A DNA stretch of 64,000 nucleotides. It comes from a bacterium (GTDB lineage Bacteria; Patescibacteriota; Minisyncoccia; Phycocordibacterales; UBA1006). A program made the translations under genes and the position numbers. The notes beneath the pieces are model-generated. The model was not told where the DNA came from. It ran no database searches and was given only the letters and a program-made list of their open reading frames with translations. Below are positions 8,009 through 15,952 of the stretch, one piece after another; positions within the stretch are counted from its first letter, which is position 1, and each line of letters begins with the position of its first letter. The DNA lies in NCBI GenBank assembly GCA_037144045.1, contig JBAWXN010000001.1:1387-65386 (forward strand), written 5' to 3'.

Positions 8009-10387
8009 ATGATAGCAACAATTTTGAGCTTCATAGCTCATTTCATAATACCTTTGGCGATACTCGCACTGGTATTGTTTGTATTGTATAACTCCGTAAC
8101 TATTGCCGGTGGTGATGAAATTATTACCCTGGAAAGAAAGTATTTCGGAAAACACATGCCAGATGGTAGAACCGTAGCGCTTAGTGATGAGGTAGGTATG
8201 CAGGCCCGTGTTTTAGGACCAGGAGTGCATTGGCTTATTCCATTTATTTATTCTACAAAGAAACACAAGTTTTTGGTTATACCTAAGAACAAGGTGGGAG
8301 TAGTAAGAGCGATTACCGGTGCGCCAATTCCTTCAGGCTCGTTTATGGCGAAAGCGGTAGACTGTGACCTGTTTCAGGATGGTGAAAAGTTCCTTAAAAA
8401 TGGCGGTGAAAAAGGTGCTCAGTTGGCTATTTTGCCGGAAGGTGAATACAAAATCAACCCGCACTTATTTCAGGTCGTTGAAGAGGATGCTATCCTGGTA
8501 GAAGACAATGAAGTAGCGGTGATTGAATCTATTGCCGGTCAGCAAGTAAAACGCTCAGGTGGTAACTTTGGTTCCCCTGTAGAATGCGATAACTTCCAAA
8601 ACGCACAAATGTTCTTGGAAAATGGCGGTCAGAAGGGTCCACAGATAGCATTCCTTACGCCTGGTATTTATCGTATTAATACTATTTTGTTCTCGGTAGT
8701 TAAGAAACCAATTACGGTTATTCCGGGTGGTATGATGGGGCTTGTAGAAGCAACGGACGGTGCCCAAATTTCGGCTGGTCGACTTCTTGCAAAAGAGGTA
8801 GATGGCCATAACAACTTCTTCGATGGCGAGGCATTTATTAAAAATGGCGGTGAAAAAGGTAGACAACTTCAGGTGTTAAAACCAGGAACTTACCGTTTGA
8901 ATCCACTATTGTTCCGCGTTGTGGAGAAGGTTGAATGGACACACATTGATTCGAACCAGGTTGGTATCGTTACGGTAAACGAAGGTGAGCCGGTAAAAGG
9001 TGAAGCTATTGCTGCCGATAAGGTGCCATTAGCTGACCATAATAGTTACCAAGATCCTGCAAAATACCTTGCGGTAAAAGGCCAAAAAGGTTTGCAGCAA
9101 GAAGTGCTTCGTGCTGGTAACTACATCATAAACCCATGGTTTGCGAGCGTAGAAAAAACACCAATGACGGAAATTCTGATTGGTACTTGTGGTGTTGTAA
9201 CAAGTTTCGTAGGAGAAGAAGGTGAGGATTTAACTAAAGACGACAAGAACGTTAACGCGAAAATTGTTGCAAATGGTAAGAAGGGTATATGGACAGAACC
9301 ATTAAGCCCGGGCTTGCATCCGATTAATACTCGTGTGTGCAAGATTACTATTGTACCTACCACACAAATTTTGTTGAGCTGGGCGGATGATACCTCCAGT
9401 GCACACAAGTTTGATGAAGGTTTGAAAACAATTGAACTACTTACCGCTGATGCATTCAAAGTAAACATGGATGTGCGTGTGATCATTCACATTGCCATGG
9501 CTGATGCTTCAAAAGTGGTAGCGAACCTGGGTTCGGTGCAGAACATGATTGCGCAAGTTCTTGAGCCTGCTATTTCTTCGCATTTCCGTAACGCAGCGCA
9601 AAAAGTCCAAGCATTGAAATTGCTTGACGAGCGTAGCGAATTACAGGAAGCTGCTAAGATACATATTCAGGGAATTTTGAAATCGCATAACATCGAGTCG
9701 AAAGACACTATGATTGCAGCGATAGTATTACCTCCGGCATTGACCAAAACAGTAACTGATCGTCAGTTGGCTGAACAGGAGAAGAAAACCTACCAAACTC
9801 AAAAAGAGGCTCAATTTGAAAAACGAGAACTGGAAAACGCAACAGCTCAAGCAAATGCTCAGGCTGACGTTGTGAAATCTGAGCGTGATGTTGAAATTCA
9901 AAAGAACATCGCGGCTGGTAAGGTAGAAGCTGCAACTGGTGCGAAAGAAGCGGCAGTATTGGATGCTACCGGTAAGGCAGAAGCGAGAAAACTTTCGGCA
10001 ACTGCTGAGGCAGAAGCTGTAAAGGTTACTGCGAATGCGAATGCTGAGGCTACCAAGGTGAATGCAATTGCAGATGCTGAGGCTAAGGAGAAAGTAGGTC
10101 TTGCAGAAGCGAAGGTTATCCTTGAAAAGGGTAAATCTACTGCAGAGGCTTACAAGCTGGAAGTAGGTGCGATGGGACAAGAAAACTTCGGTAGAATTAA
10201 TGCTCTGAAAGAGATTAAGGATCTGAAGTTGAAACTGGTTCCTGATGTGCTTATTGTGGGCGGTGGCGAAGGCGGTGGCTCTATTGATAATTTCATGAAG
10301 TTAAACCTGCTTGAAAAAGTAACTGGTAAAGACTTCTTGGAGTTAGCAAAACCTGCTGGCGACACAACTGAAGCCCCAAAGGCCTAA
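8009..10387 (+). CDS. flotillin/YqiK-like SPFH-domain membrane protein with five tandem N-terminal repeats and a C-terminal Ala/Glu-rich flotillin domain
   Basis: N-terminal TM helix. Five repeats of the unit F.DGE.FLKNGGEKG.QL..L.PG.Y.INP.LF.VV. SPFH core (KVNMDVRVIIHIAMAD...) aligns to E. coli YqiK. EA-rich coiled-coil repeats (AEAEAVKVTANANAEATKVNAIADAEAKEK) are typical of flotillins. Confidence 0.75.
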   Translation: MIATILSFIAHFIIPLAILALVLFVLYNSVTIAGGDEIITLERKYFGKHMPDGRTVALSDEVGMQARVLGPGVHWLIPFIYSTKKHKFLVIPKNKVGVVRAITGAPIPSGSFMAKAVDCDLFQDGEKFLKNGGEKGAQLAILPEGEYKINPHLFQVVEEDAILVEDNEVAVIESIAGQQVKRSGGNFGSPVECDNFQNAQMFLENGGQKGPQIAFLTPGIYRINTILFSVVKKPITVIPGGMMGLVEATDGAQISAGRLLAKEVDGHNNFFDGEAFIKNGGEKGRQLQVLKPGTYRLNPLLFRVVEKVEWTHIDSNQVGIVTVNEGEPVKGEAIAADKVPLADHNSYQDPAKYLAVKGQKGLQQEVLRAGNYIINPWFASVEKTPMTEILIGTCGVVTSFVGEEGEDLTKDDKNVNAKIVANGKKGIWTEPLSPGLHPINTRVCKITIVPTTQILLSWADDTSSAHKFDEGLKTIELLTADAFKVNMDVRVIIHIAMADASKVVANLGSVQNMIAQVLEPAISSHFRNAAQKVQALKLLDERSELQEAAKIHIQGILKSHNIESKDTMIAAIVLPPALTKTVTDRQLAEQEKKTYQTQKEAQFEKRELENATAQANAQADVVKSERDVEIQKNIAAGKVEAATGAKEAAVLDATGKAEARKLSATAEAEAVKVTANANAEATKVNAIADAEAKEKVGLAEAKVILEKGKSTAEAYKLEVGAMGQENFGRINALKEIKDLKLKLVPDVLIVGGGEGGGSIDNFMKLNLLEKVTGKDFLELAKPAGDTTEAPKA

Positions 10388-10420
10388 GTTAATAATTGAA
10401 TACTAGTGCTCACGCACGGA

Positions 10421-10452
10421 CCCGTTCCAATTTGGAACGGGTTTTTTATTTT
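10421..10452 (+). terminator. intrinsic terminator after the flotillin-like gene (cccgttcc-aattt-ggaacggg + T-run)
   Basis: 8-bp stem then TTTTTTATTTT. Confidence 0.65.
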
Positions 10453-10460
10453 ATAACATG

Positions 10461-10496
10461 CAAAAAATAAACCCTGTCGCAATGACAGGGTTTTTG
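10461..10496. terminator. bidirectional intrinsic terminator (A-run, ccctgtc-gcaat-gacaggg, T-run)
   Basis: 7-bp stem flanked by AAAAAATAA upstream and TTTTT downstream; serves the convergent minus-strand gene ending at 10507. Confidence 0.6.
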
Positions 10497-10506
10497 GGTA
10501 ATTAAA

Positions 10507-12303
10507 TTATGACCAGAACATATACCAAGGCTTAGGATAGAATGATGCAAGTTTTGTTACTACTTTTGCCCACTCAGTACTTCTTCTTGGAAATAATTCA
10601 AGTAACGCCTCACATGGTTGTGGTTGACGCGCATTGGATAATTCCGATTCAAGTAATGTGCAGGCACGTTTGTAACATAGAACAGCATATTCTGATTCTG
10701 GAGGAAATAAGTACATTTGCTTCATTGCTACAGCTACAGTGCTGTATTTTGAAATTTTATGTTTTGTTTCCTCGTCTTGTAGGCGTAATTCGTTCATTTG
10801 CTTATTACGTAACCGTTCTTCCTCTGCGGGGTCGGTTGCTGGAGCTTCTTCTGTTACTACAAGAGGAGCAATGACTACAGGTTGAACCGCTGCTGGGGTA
10901 GATTGAGTTACTTTCGGTCCAAAGCGTTGTGCGAGGCGATACATGGCGAACGAGGCGTCTCTGATGCGGTAATCGCGCGCGTCACTTTCATTAGTGAATA
11001 ACTCAACTAAACGCAAATCAAGAAGGTCTTCTTCAGTGCTTGGTGAGTCTACATAATTTTCAAAGCCGGTAAGCTCCTTCACTGATCGTGCGCGTGACTG
11101 TTCTTCTTTTAATAGTCGAGACAGTTTTGTTTGTGCAAGGTTGCCAATGTAGGTATCGGTATCAACCAGGTTATGAAGGTCATCCTTGGTTTGTATAAGG
11201 TTAACAATCCGTTCGGTAACCTGCTTTTTTAACGGATCGCCAAATTCAAGGTCCTCAAGGTGATTTTCAAGTTCAGATACATCAGTAGTTTTTTCCAGAT
11301 ACTGTGCAAGTAGTATGTGTTCACGCTTAGCAGCCATTCTGCCTATACGTGAATCGCTGCTGAATGATTCCTGGATACTACCCAAAACTTCAATAACAGT
11401 ATCAGTAAATGCATTGCACTGATTAATAGCGCCTTGGGCAAGTACTTCTTGAGCTTCAGAGCCGTCATTGAACGAATCGTGATGTTCCCAAATTTTTTCA
11501 GGATCACGTCCGCACAATTGTACGATCTGTTGAGCCAAGTAAACATTTGAATCGTCCTCTGAATCAATGAAGTCATCCAAATCGTTCACATCGTTCAGGG
11601 AACGAATATTATTGATGGCTCGTTGAACCAGTTCACGATGTTTATTCTGTACCAAGTAATATTCCAAACTGTCTTCCGAAAACACATCATTAATCAATTC
11701 GTGGGTTTCTGAAGGGGAAGTGCACGTATTAATAAGCTTCTGTGCCAAATACTGCATTGATTCCTTACGGTATGCATCGTTTTGATATAATGAAACAAGG
11801 TCATCAAAGTCCTTAGTTTCGTTAATAATGCGTTGCTCAAGGGTTTTAATCTTTGCAAAAATTGCTAACTCTTCAGCACTACCGTCAGGAGTGTATTTAT
11901 TTAACTCCTCCAAATCGTCTAAATCATCAGTCGCAGAGAGCTTTTGAGCAATAATACGTACTAATTTTTCATACGCAATGATAAATTCACCATCGGTGTA
12001 GTCGAGTTGTTCAAGGATTCCATAAAGTTCCTCAGGATCCTCCGTGTCTGCAATTTCTTGCAACGTGGTGACCCCTGGTTCTTCCTCCCATTCAGGACCT
12101 TTGTAGTGATTTTTGGGTTCTACTACCGTAGACGGCATATTTTTAGTACCTTGTTGCAGTTGGTCAAAGATAGTTACTGGTTTATCAGTTAAAAAGTAGG
12201 GTCGTTGGGACTGATAGGTCCCATCGAGTATCTTTTTCAGTTCAGACACGGAAATACCGGTATCTTCTGAAAGTTTACGTAAATGAACGTCTTTACTGGT
12301 CAT
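10507..12303 (-). CDS. hypothetical protein with an N-terminal helix-turn-helix-like segment followed by about five acidic 35-aa repeats
   Basis: N-terminal LRKLSEDTGISVSELKKIL is HTH-like. Repeats share D(L/F)DDL..L......AQKL(I/S) / YLAQ(K/Q)(L/I)(I/V) spacing; very acidic. No database family recognisable from sequence alone. Confidence 0.5.
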   Translation of the reverse strand: MTSKDVHLRKLSEDTGISVSELKKILDGTYQSQRPYFLTDKPVTIFDQLQQGTKNMPSTVVEPKNHYKGPEWEEEPGVTTLQEIADTEDPEELYGILEQLDYTDGEFIIAYEKLVRIIAQKLSATDDLDDLEELNKYTPDGSAEELAIFAKIKTLEQRIINETKDFDDLVSLYQNDAYRKESMQYLAQKLINTCTSPSETHELINDVFSEDSLEYYLVQNKHRELVQRAINNIRSLNDVNDLDDFIDSEDDSNVYLAQQIVQLCGRDPEKIWEHHDSFNDGSEAQEVLAQGAINQCNAFTDTVIEVLGSIQESFSSDSRIGRMAAKREHILLAQYLEKTTDVSELENHLEDLEFGDPLKKQVTERIVNLIQTKDDLHNLVDTDTYIGNLAQTKLSRLLKEEQSRARSVKELTGFENYVDSPSTEEDLLDLRLVELFTNESDARDYRIRDASFAMYRLAQRFGPKVTQSTPAAVQPVVIAPLVVTEEAPATDPAEEERLRNKQMNELRLQDEETKHKISKYSTVAVAMKQMYLFPPESEYAVLCYKRACTLLESELSNARQPQPCEALLELFPRRSTEWAKVVTKLASFYPKPWYMFWS

Positions 12304-12438
12304 AATGTAAGTATGTTGTTTTTGGTGTACGAAATGGTTATTACTGTAGCATTGATTGATTGTTTTGTCAAAAAATAGTGTTTTGAATTTACTAGAGTGA
12401 AATAAGTTAAAATTTGCAGGGGAGTGTATGGTTTTTTA

Positions 12439-12467
12439 TTGACATATAAGGATTTTCTTGCTATATT
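12439..12467 (+). promoter_or_regulatory. near-consensus sigma70-like promoter (TTGACA -17- TATATT) restarting transcription of rpsS to rplE
   Basis: -35 TTGACA 12439-12444, 17-nt spacer, -10 TATATT 12462-12467, followed by a leader of about 150 nt containing an inverted repeat gtatctcg/cgagatac. Confidence 0.55.
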
Positions 12468-12616
12468 GCTCCTTGTCTTGTTTCTCACCCGAGACAGTAT
12501 CTCGATAAATTTTTGGACCGTTACTTCCTAAAAATTTGGACGAGATACACCTATTAATCAGCCCTTATCGTGCACTGCTAAACAGTACCTGTTTTAGTAT
12601 CACACAAAATATTTAG

Positions 12617-12967
12617 ATGACACGTTCACTTAAAAAAGGCCCTTATATCGACATTAAATTGTTGAAAAAAGTAGAAGGGAAAAAGCCGCTTGAAACCGGC
12701 GTTATCAAGACTTGGGCTCGCGCATGCGTGATCTGCCCGGAAATGATTGGTTTCACATTTGGTGTACATAACGGACGCAAGCACCTTGAAGTGCTGGTAT
12801 CTGAAGACATGGTCGGACACCGCCTGGGTGAATTTTCTCCAACTCGAACCTTCCACAAACACGGAGGTAAGATGCAAAAAGAAATTGAACAAAAGGCTCG
12901 AGAATCAGAAATTGCATCAGCCAAAGCCGCTAAAGCGTCTCCAGCTGCCGCTCCAAAGAAAAAATAG
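12617..12967 (+). CDS. rpsS: 30S ribosomal protein S19 with a Lys/Ala-rich C-terminal extension
   Basis: [19 protein letters not shown]...[12 protein letters not shown]...[14 protein letters not shown]19 signature; extra 25-aa KA-rich tail. Confidence 0.93.
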   Translation: MTRSLKKGPYIDIKLLKKVEGKKPLETGVIKTWARACVICPEMIGFTFGVHNGRKHLEVLVSEDMVGHRLGEFSPTRTFHKHGGKMQKEIEQKARESEIASAKAAKASPAAAPKKK

Positions 12968-12970
12968 TAT

Positions 12971-13342
12971 ATGAAAGCAGAACTTAAAAACTATCGACAA
13001 TCTCCTCGTAAGGTTCGCCTTGTGGCCGACGTTGTTCGAGGCAAGAAAGTAGCAAACGCCCTTGTGGAATTACAATTCCTCGGGAAACGAGCTGCGCTTC
13101 CATTTGCTAAATTGATTGCTTCAGCAGTTGCAAACGCTTCACATAATCACAAGACTTCATCAGAAGACCTTGTAGTAAAAAGTGTTTCTGTAACTAAGGG
13201 TCCTACATTAAAACGAATCAAACCACGGTCACGAGGTATGGCAAATCGTATTAATAAGCGAACCAGTGTTCTCAAGGTCGAGCTTGCGGTACAAGCACCT
13301 AAAAAAGCAAAATCACCTAAACCGGTTAAAGCCGCTCAATAA
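12971..13342 (+). CDS. rplV: 50S ribosomal protein L22
   Basis: MKAELKNYRQSPRKVRLVADVVRGKKV L22 signature. Confidence 0.92.
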   Translation: MKAELKNYRQSPRKVRLVADVVRGKKVANALVELQFLGKRAALPFAKLIASAVANASHNHKTSSEDLVVKSVSVTKGPTLKRIKPRSRGMANRINKRTSVLKVELAVQAPKKAKSPKPVKAAQ

Positions 13343-13344
13343 TT

Positions 13345-14016
13345 ATGTCAAAAATTGTACATCCTTATGCACATCGACTCCCTTTGATCCGAGATTGGAA
13401 ATCTCGTTGGTTTAAGATGGGTAAAGAATATCGTGATTTGCTCCGAGCAGACACATTAGTGCGAGAATATCTAGAAAAGAAACTCCGAGGAAGTTATGTT
13501 GCGGATATTGAATTCGAACGAAATCAAAAATCTACCAAGATCATGATTTCAACATCACGACCAGGTATGTTGATTGGACGAAACGGAGAAGGTGCTACTG
13601 CGCTTAAAAATGACCTTGTGAAATTCATGAAGTCTAAAGCAGTAACTCTTCCTGAAGACCTCAAAATCGACATTATTGAAGTTACCAACCCTGATGCTAA
13701 CGCTAAGATTGTCGCGTATTCAATCGCAGAAATGCTTGAGAAACGAATGACCTTCCGACGTGTTATGAAAACAACTCTTGAAAAAATCATGCAAGCGCGT
13801 GGAGTAAAAGGTGCCAAGATCGTTCTTTCTGGACGATTGGGAGGTGCTGATATGGCTCGACGTGAAGAATTGAAAATGGGAGGAATTCCACTCCAGTTCA
13901 TGCGCGCAGACGTAGATTACGCTACAGAAACGGCTCGAATGACATACGGAGGAGTTGGTATCAAAGTTTGGATTTATAAGGGTGACACACTCCTAACCCG
14001 AGCTAATCAAAAATAA
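13345..14016 (+). CDS. rpsC: 30S ribosomal protein S3
   Basis: KH domain plus S3 C-terminal domain, LIGRNGEGATALK. Confidence 0.93.
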   Translation: MSKIVHPYAHRLPLIRDWKSRWFKMGKEYRDLLRADTLVREYLEKKLRGSYVADIEFERNQKSTKIMISTSRPGMLIGRNGEGATALKNDLVKFMKSKAVTLPEDLKIDIIEVTNPDANAKIVAYSIAEMLEKRMTFRRVMKTTLEKIMQARGVKGAKIVLSGRLGGADMARREELKMGGIPLQFMRADVDYATETARMTYGGVGIKVWIYKGDTLLTRANQK

Positions 14017-14022
14017 ACCTTT

Positions 14023-14448
14023 ATGTTATTTCCAAAAAAAGTAAAACACCGAAAATGGCAAACTGATCGACGAAATCCTAACAAGAAAATTGTTGCGACT
14101 CGTGGAACAGAACTCCAATTCGGATCATTTGGACTTCGCGCACTTTCAAGTGAACGAGTTAAATCAAATCAAATCGAAGCTGCTCGTAAAGTAGTTTCGC
14201 GAACTCTTGGTAAAACAGGAAAATATTGGATTCGTATCTTCCCAGATCGACCTATTACAGCAAAAGCTGCTGAAGTAGGTATGGGTAAGGGTAAGGGGGA
14301 TCCACAAGGATTCTGTTTCGAAGTAGAACCAGGTCGAATCATTTTCGAAGTTGATGGAGTACCTGATGCAGTAGCAAAAGAAGCACTCCGCAAAGCTGGT
14401 TGTAAGCTTCCTATCAAAGTTCGTATTATCAGTCGCAACGACATGTAA
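14023..14448 (+). CDS. rplP: 50S ribosomal protein L16
   Basis: MLFPKKVKHRKWQ...RLEAARKV...EVEPGRIIFEV L16 signature. Confidence 0.93.
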   Translation: MLFPKKVKHRKWQTDRRNPNKKIVATRGTELQFGSFGLRALSSERVKSNQIEAARKVVSRTLGKTGKYWIRIFPDRPITAKAAEVGMGKGKGDPQGFCFEVEPGRIIFEVDGVPDAVAKEALRKAGCKLPIKVRIISRNDM

Positions 14449-14451
14449 TGT

Positions 14452-14712
14452 ATGAAAAAAACAGTAACTACAGAAACACAAGTAAATAAGAAAACATTAC
14501 AGGGTGTTGTTGTGTCAGATAAGATGCAAAAAACATTGGTAGTGAATGTGCAACGTTTCGTTAAAGATGCTAAGTACGGTAAGTACATGAAAATCTCTAA
14601 GAAATACAAAGCGCATTACGAAGGTTCAGATATCAAAATTGGTGACAAAGTTACCATTGTTGAATGTCGCCCACGGTCGAAAGATAAACACTTTGAAGTA
14701 ACATCAATCTAA
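14452..14712 (+). CDS. rpsQ: 30S ribosomal protein S17 (directly follows rplP; no rpmC between them)
   Basis: [33 protein letters not shown]...[20 protein letters not shown]. Confidence 0.92.
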   Translation: MKKTVTTETQVNKKTLQGVVVSDKMQKTLVVNVQRFVKDAKYGKYMKISKKYKAHYEGSDIKIGDKVTIVECRPRSKDKHFEVTSI

Positions 14713-14716
14713 TTAT

Positions 14717-15085
14717 ATGATTCAAGTAGGAACAAATGTTACCATCGCTGATAACACCGGAGCTAAAAAAGCTCGCGTGTTTAAGGTATTAGGTGGTTCA
14801 AAACGACGCTATGCGAGTTTAGGTGATGTGGTTATTCTTTCGATTAAATCAGCAGAACCTCGTAAAGCGGTTAAGAAAAAAGGAGTTCACAAAGCTGTGA
14901 TTGTTCGTCAAAAAATGGCGTACCGACGTAAAGACGGTTCGTACATTCGATTTGATGACAACGCGGTAGTGATTCTTGAAAAAGGACAAGAACCAAAAGG
15001 AGGTCGAATCTTCGGTCCTATTCCCCGAGAACTCGGAGAAAAAGGTTATCAGAAAATCGTATCACTTGCCCCAGAGGTATTGTAA
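14717..15085 (+). CDS. rplN: 50S ribosomal protein L14
   Basis: [27 protein letters not shown]. Confidence 0.93.
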   Translation: MIQVGTNVTIADNTGAKKARVFKVLGGSKRRYASLGDVVILSIKSAEPRKAVKKKGVHKAVIVRQKMAYRRKDGSYIRFDDNAVVILEKGQEPKGGRIFGPIPRELGEKGYQKIVSLAPEVL

Positions 15086-15090
15086 GCTTT

Positions 15091-15306
15091 ATGATTAAAA
15101 AAGGAGACAATGTTGTGGTGATTGCTGGATCTGACAAAGGAAAGAAGGGAACTGTGGTTAAAGCACTTCCTAAGACTTCCCAAGTTGTGATTGAAGGCAT
15201 CAACATAAAGAAAAAGCATCAGAAAGCGAAAACTACTGATGGTGTTGGAAAAGTGATTGAAGTAGCTAAGCCGGTTCACGTGTCAAACGTGAAGTTGGCG
15301 AAATAA
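15091..15306 (+). CDS. rplX: 50S ribosomal protein L24 (short, KOW domain only, 71 aa)
   Basis: MIKKGDNVVVIAGSDKGKKGTVVKAL...VIEGINIKKKH KOW motif; lacks the usual C-terminal 30 aa or so. Confidence 0.88.
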   Translation: MIKKGDNVVVIAGSDKGKKGTVVKALPKTSQVVIEGINIKKKHQKAKTTDGVGKVIEVAKPVHVSNVKLAK

Positions 15307-15313
15307 TACGCAT

Positions 15314-15895
15314 ATGGAAACACTGAAACAAAAACAAGCAAGTGCCTATGATGTACTGAAAGCTCAATTCGGATACACTAATAAATTGGCAGCGCCTCGC
15401 ATCGAAAAAGTAGTAGTATCAGTTGGTACTGGTTCTGGAATGAAACGAGATCGCAACAAGAATGACTTCGTTATTGATCGTTTAACAAAAATTGTGGGTC
15501 AAAAGCCTTCAGTAAAATCTGCTAAACAATCAATTGCATCATTCAAAATTCGTCAAGGTGATCCAGTTGGAGTGGTAGTTACCCTTCGTGGTGAACGTAT
15601 GTGGTCATTCTTGGATAAATTGGTAAACGTGGCATTGCCTCGAACTAAGGACTTCCGAGGAATCACACGATCATCTGCGGGTGATCTTGGTAACATGACT
15701 ATCGGTATTCGTGAACATACGATCTTCCCAGAAACATCTGATGAAGAAATTTCACAAGTATTTGGTCTTGCTATCACTATCGTGACTACGGCAACTTCTC
15801 GACCAGAAGGTCTCGCATTCTTTGAATATCTTGGATTCCCTCTTAAGAAGGAAGACGAGAAAAAAGCAAAGCGAACTCGAAAACGAGGAAAATAA
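15314..15895 (+). CDS. rplE: 50S ribosomal protein L5
   Basis: LKQKQASAYDVLKAQFGYTN...PRIEKVVVSVG...FRGITRSSAGDLGNMTIGIREHTIFPE. Confidence 0.93.
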   Translation: METLKQKQASAYDVLKAQFGYTNKLAAPRIEKVVVSVGTGSGMKRDRNKNDFVIDRLTKIVGQKPSVKSAKQSIASFKIRQGDPVGVVVTLRGERMWSFLDKLVNVALPRTKDFRGITRSSAGDLGNMTIGIREHTIFPETSDEEISQVFGLAITIVTTATSRPEGLAFFEYLGFPLKKEDEKKAKRTRKRGK

Positions 15896-15902
15896 CAAAT
15901 TG

Positions 15903-15923
15903 CTACCGAAAGGTAGTTTTTTG
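15903..15923 (+). terminator. intrinsic terminator directly after rplE (ctacc-gaaa-ggtag + TTTTTT)
   Basis: tetraloop hairpin plus T6; ends the r-protein transcript before the rest of the spc genes would normally follow. Confidence 0.7.
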
Positions 15924-15952
15924 TTTTGGTAAATTTACGATATACTAGACTC

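Noticed and set aside
9728-10365. Minus-strand ORFs of 150, 75 and 71 aa inside the flotillin gene
   Set aside because: Lie antisense to the low-complexity Ala/Glu repeat region of the flotillin gene; the composition-driven open frames are spurious
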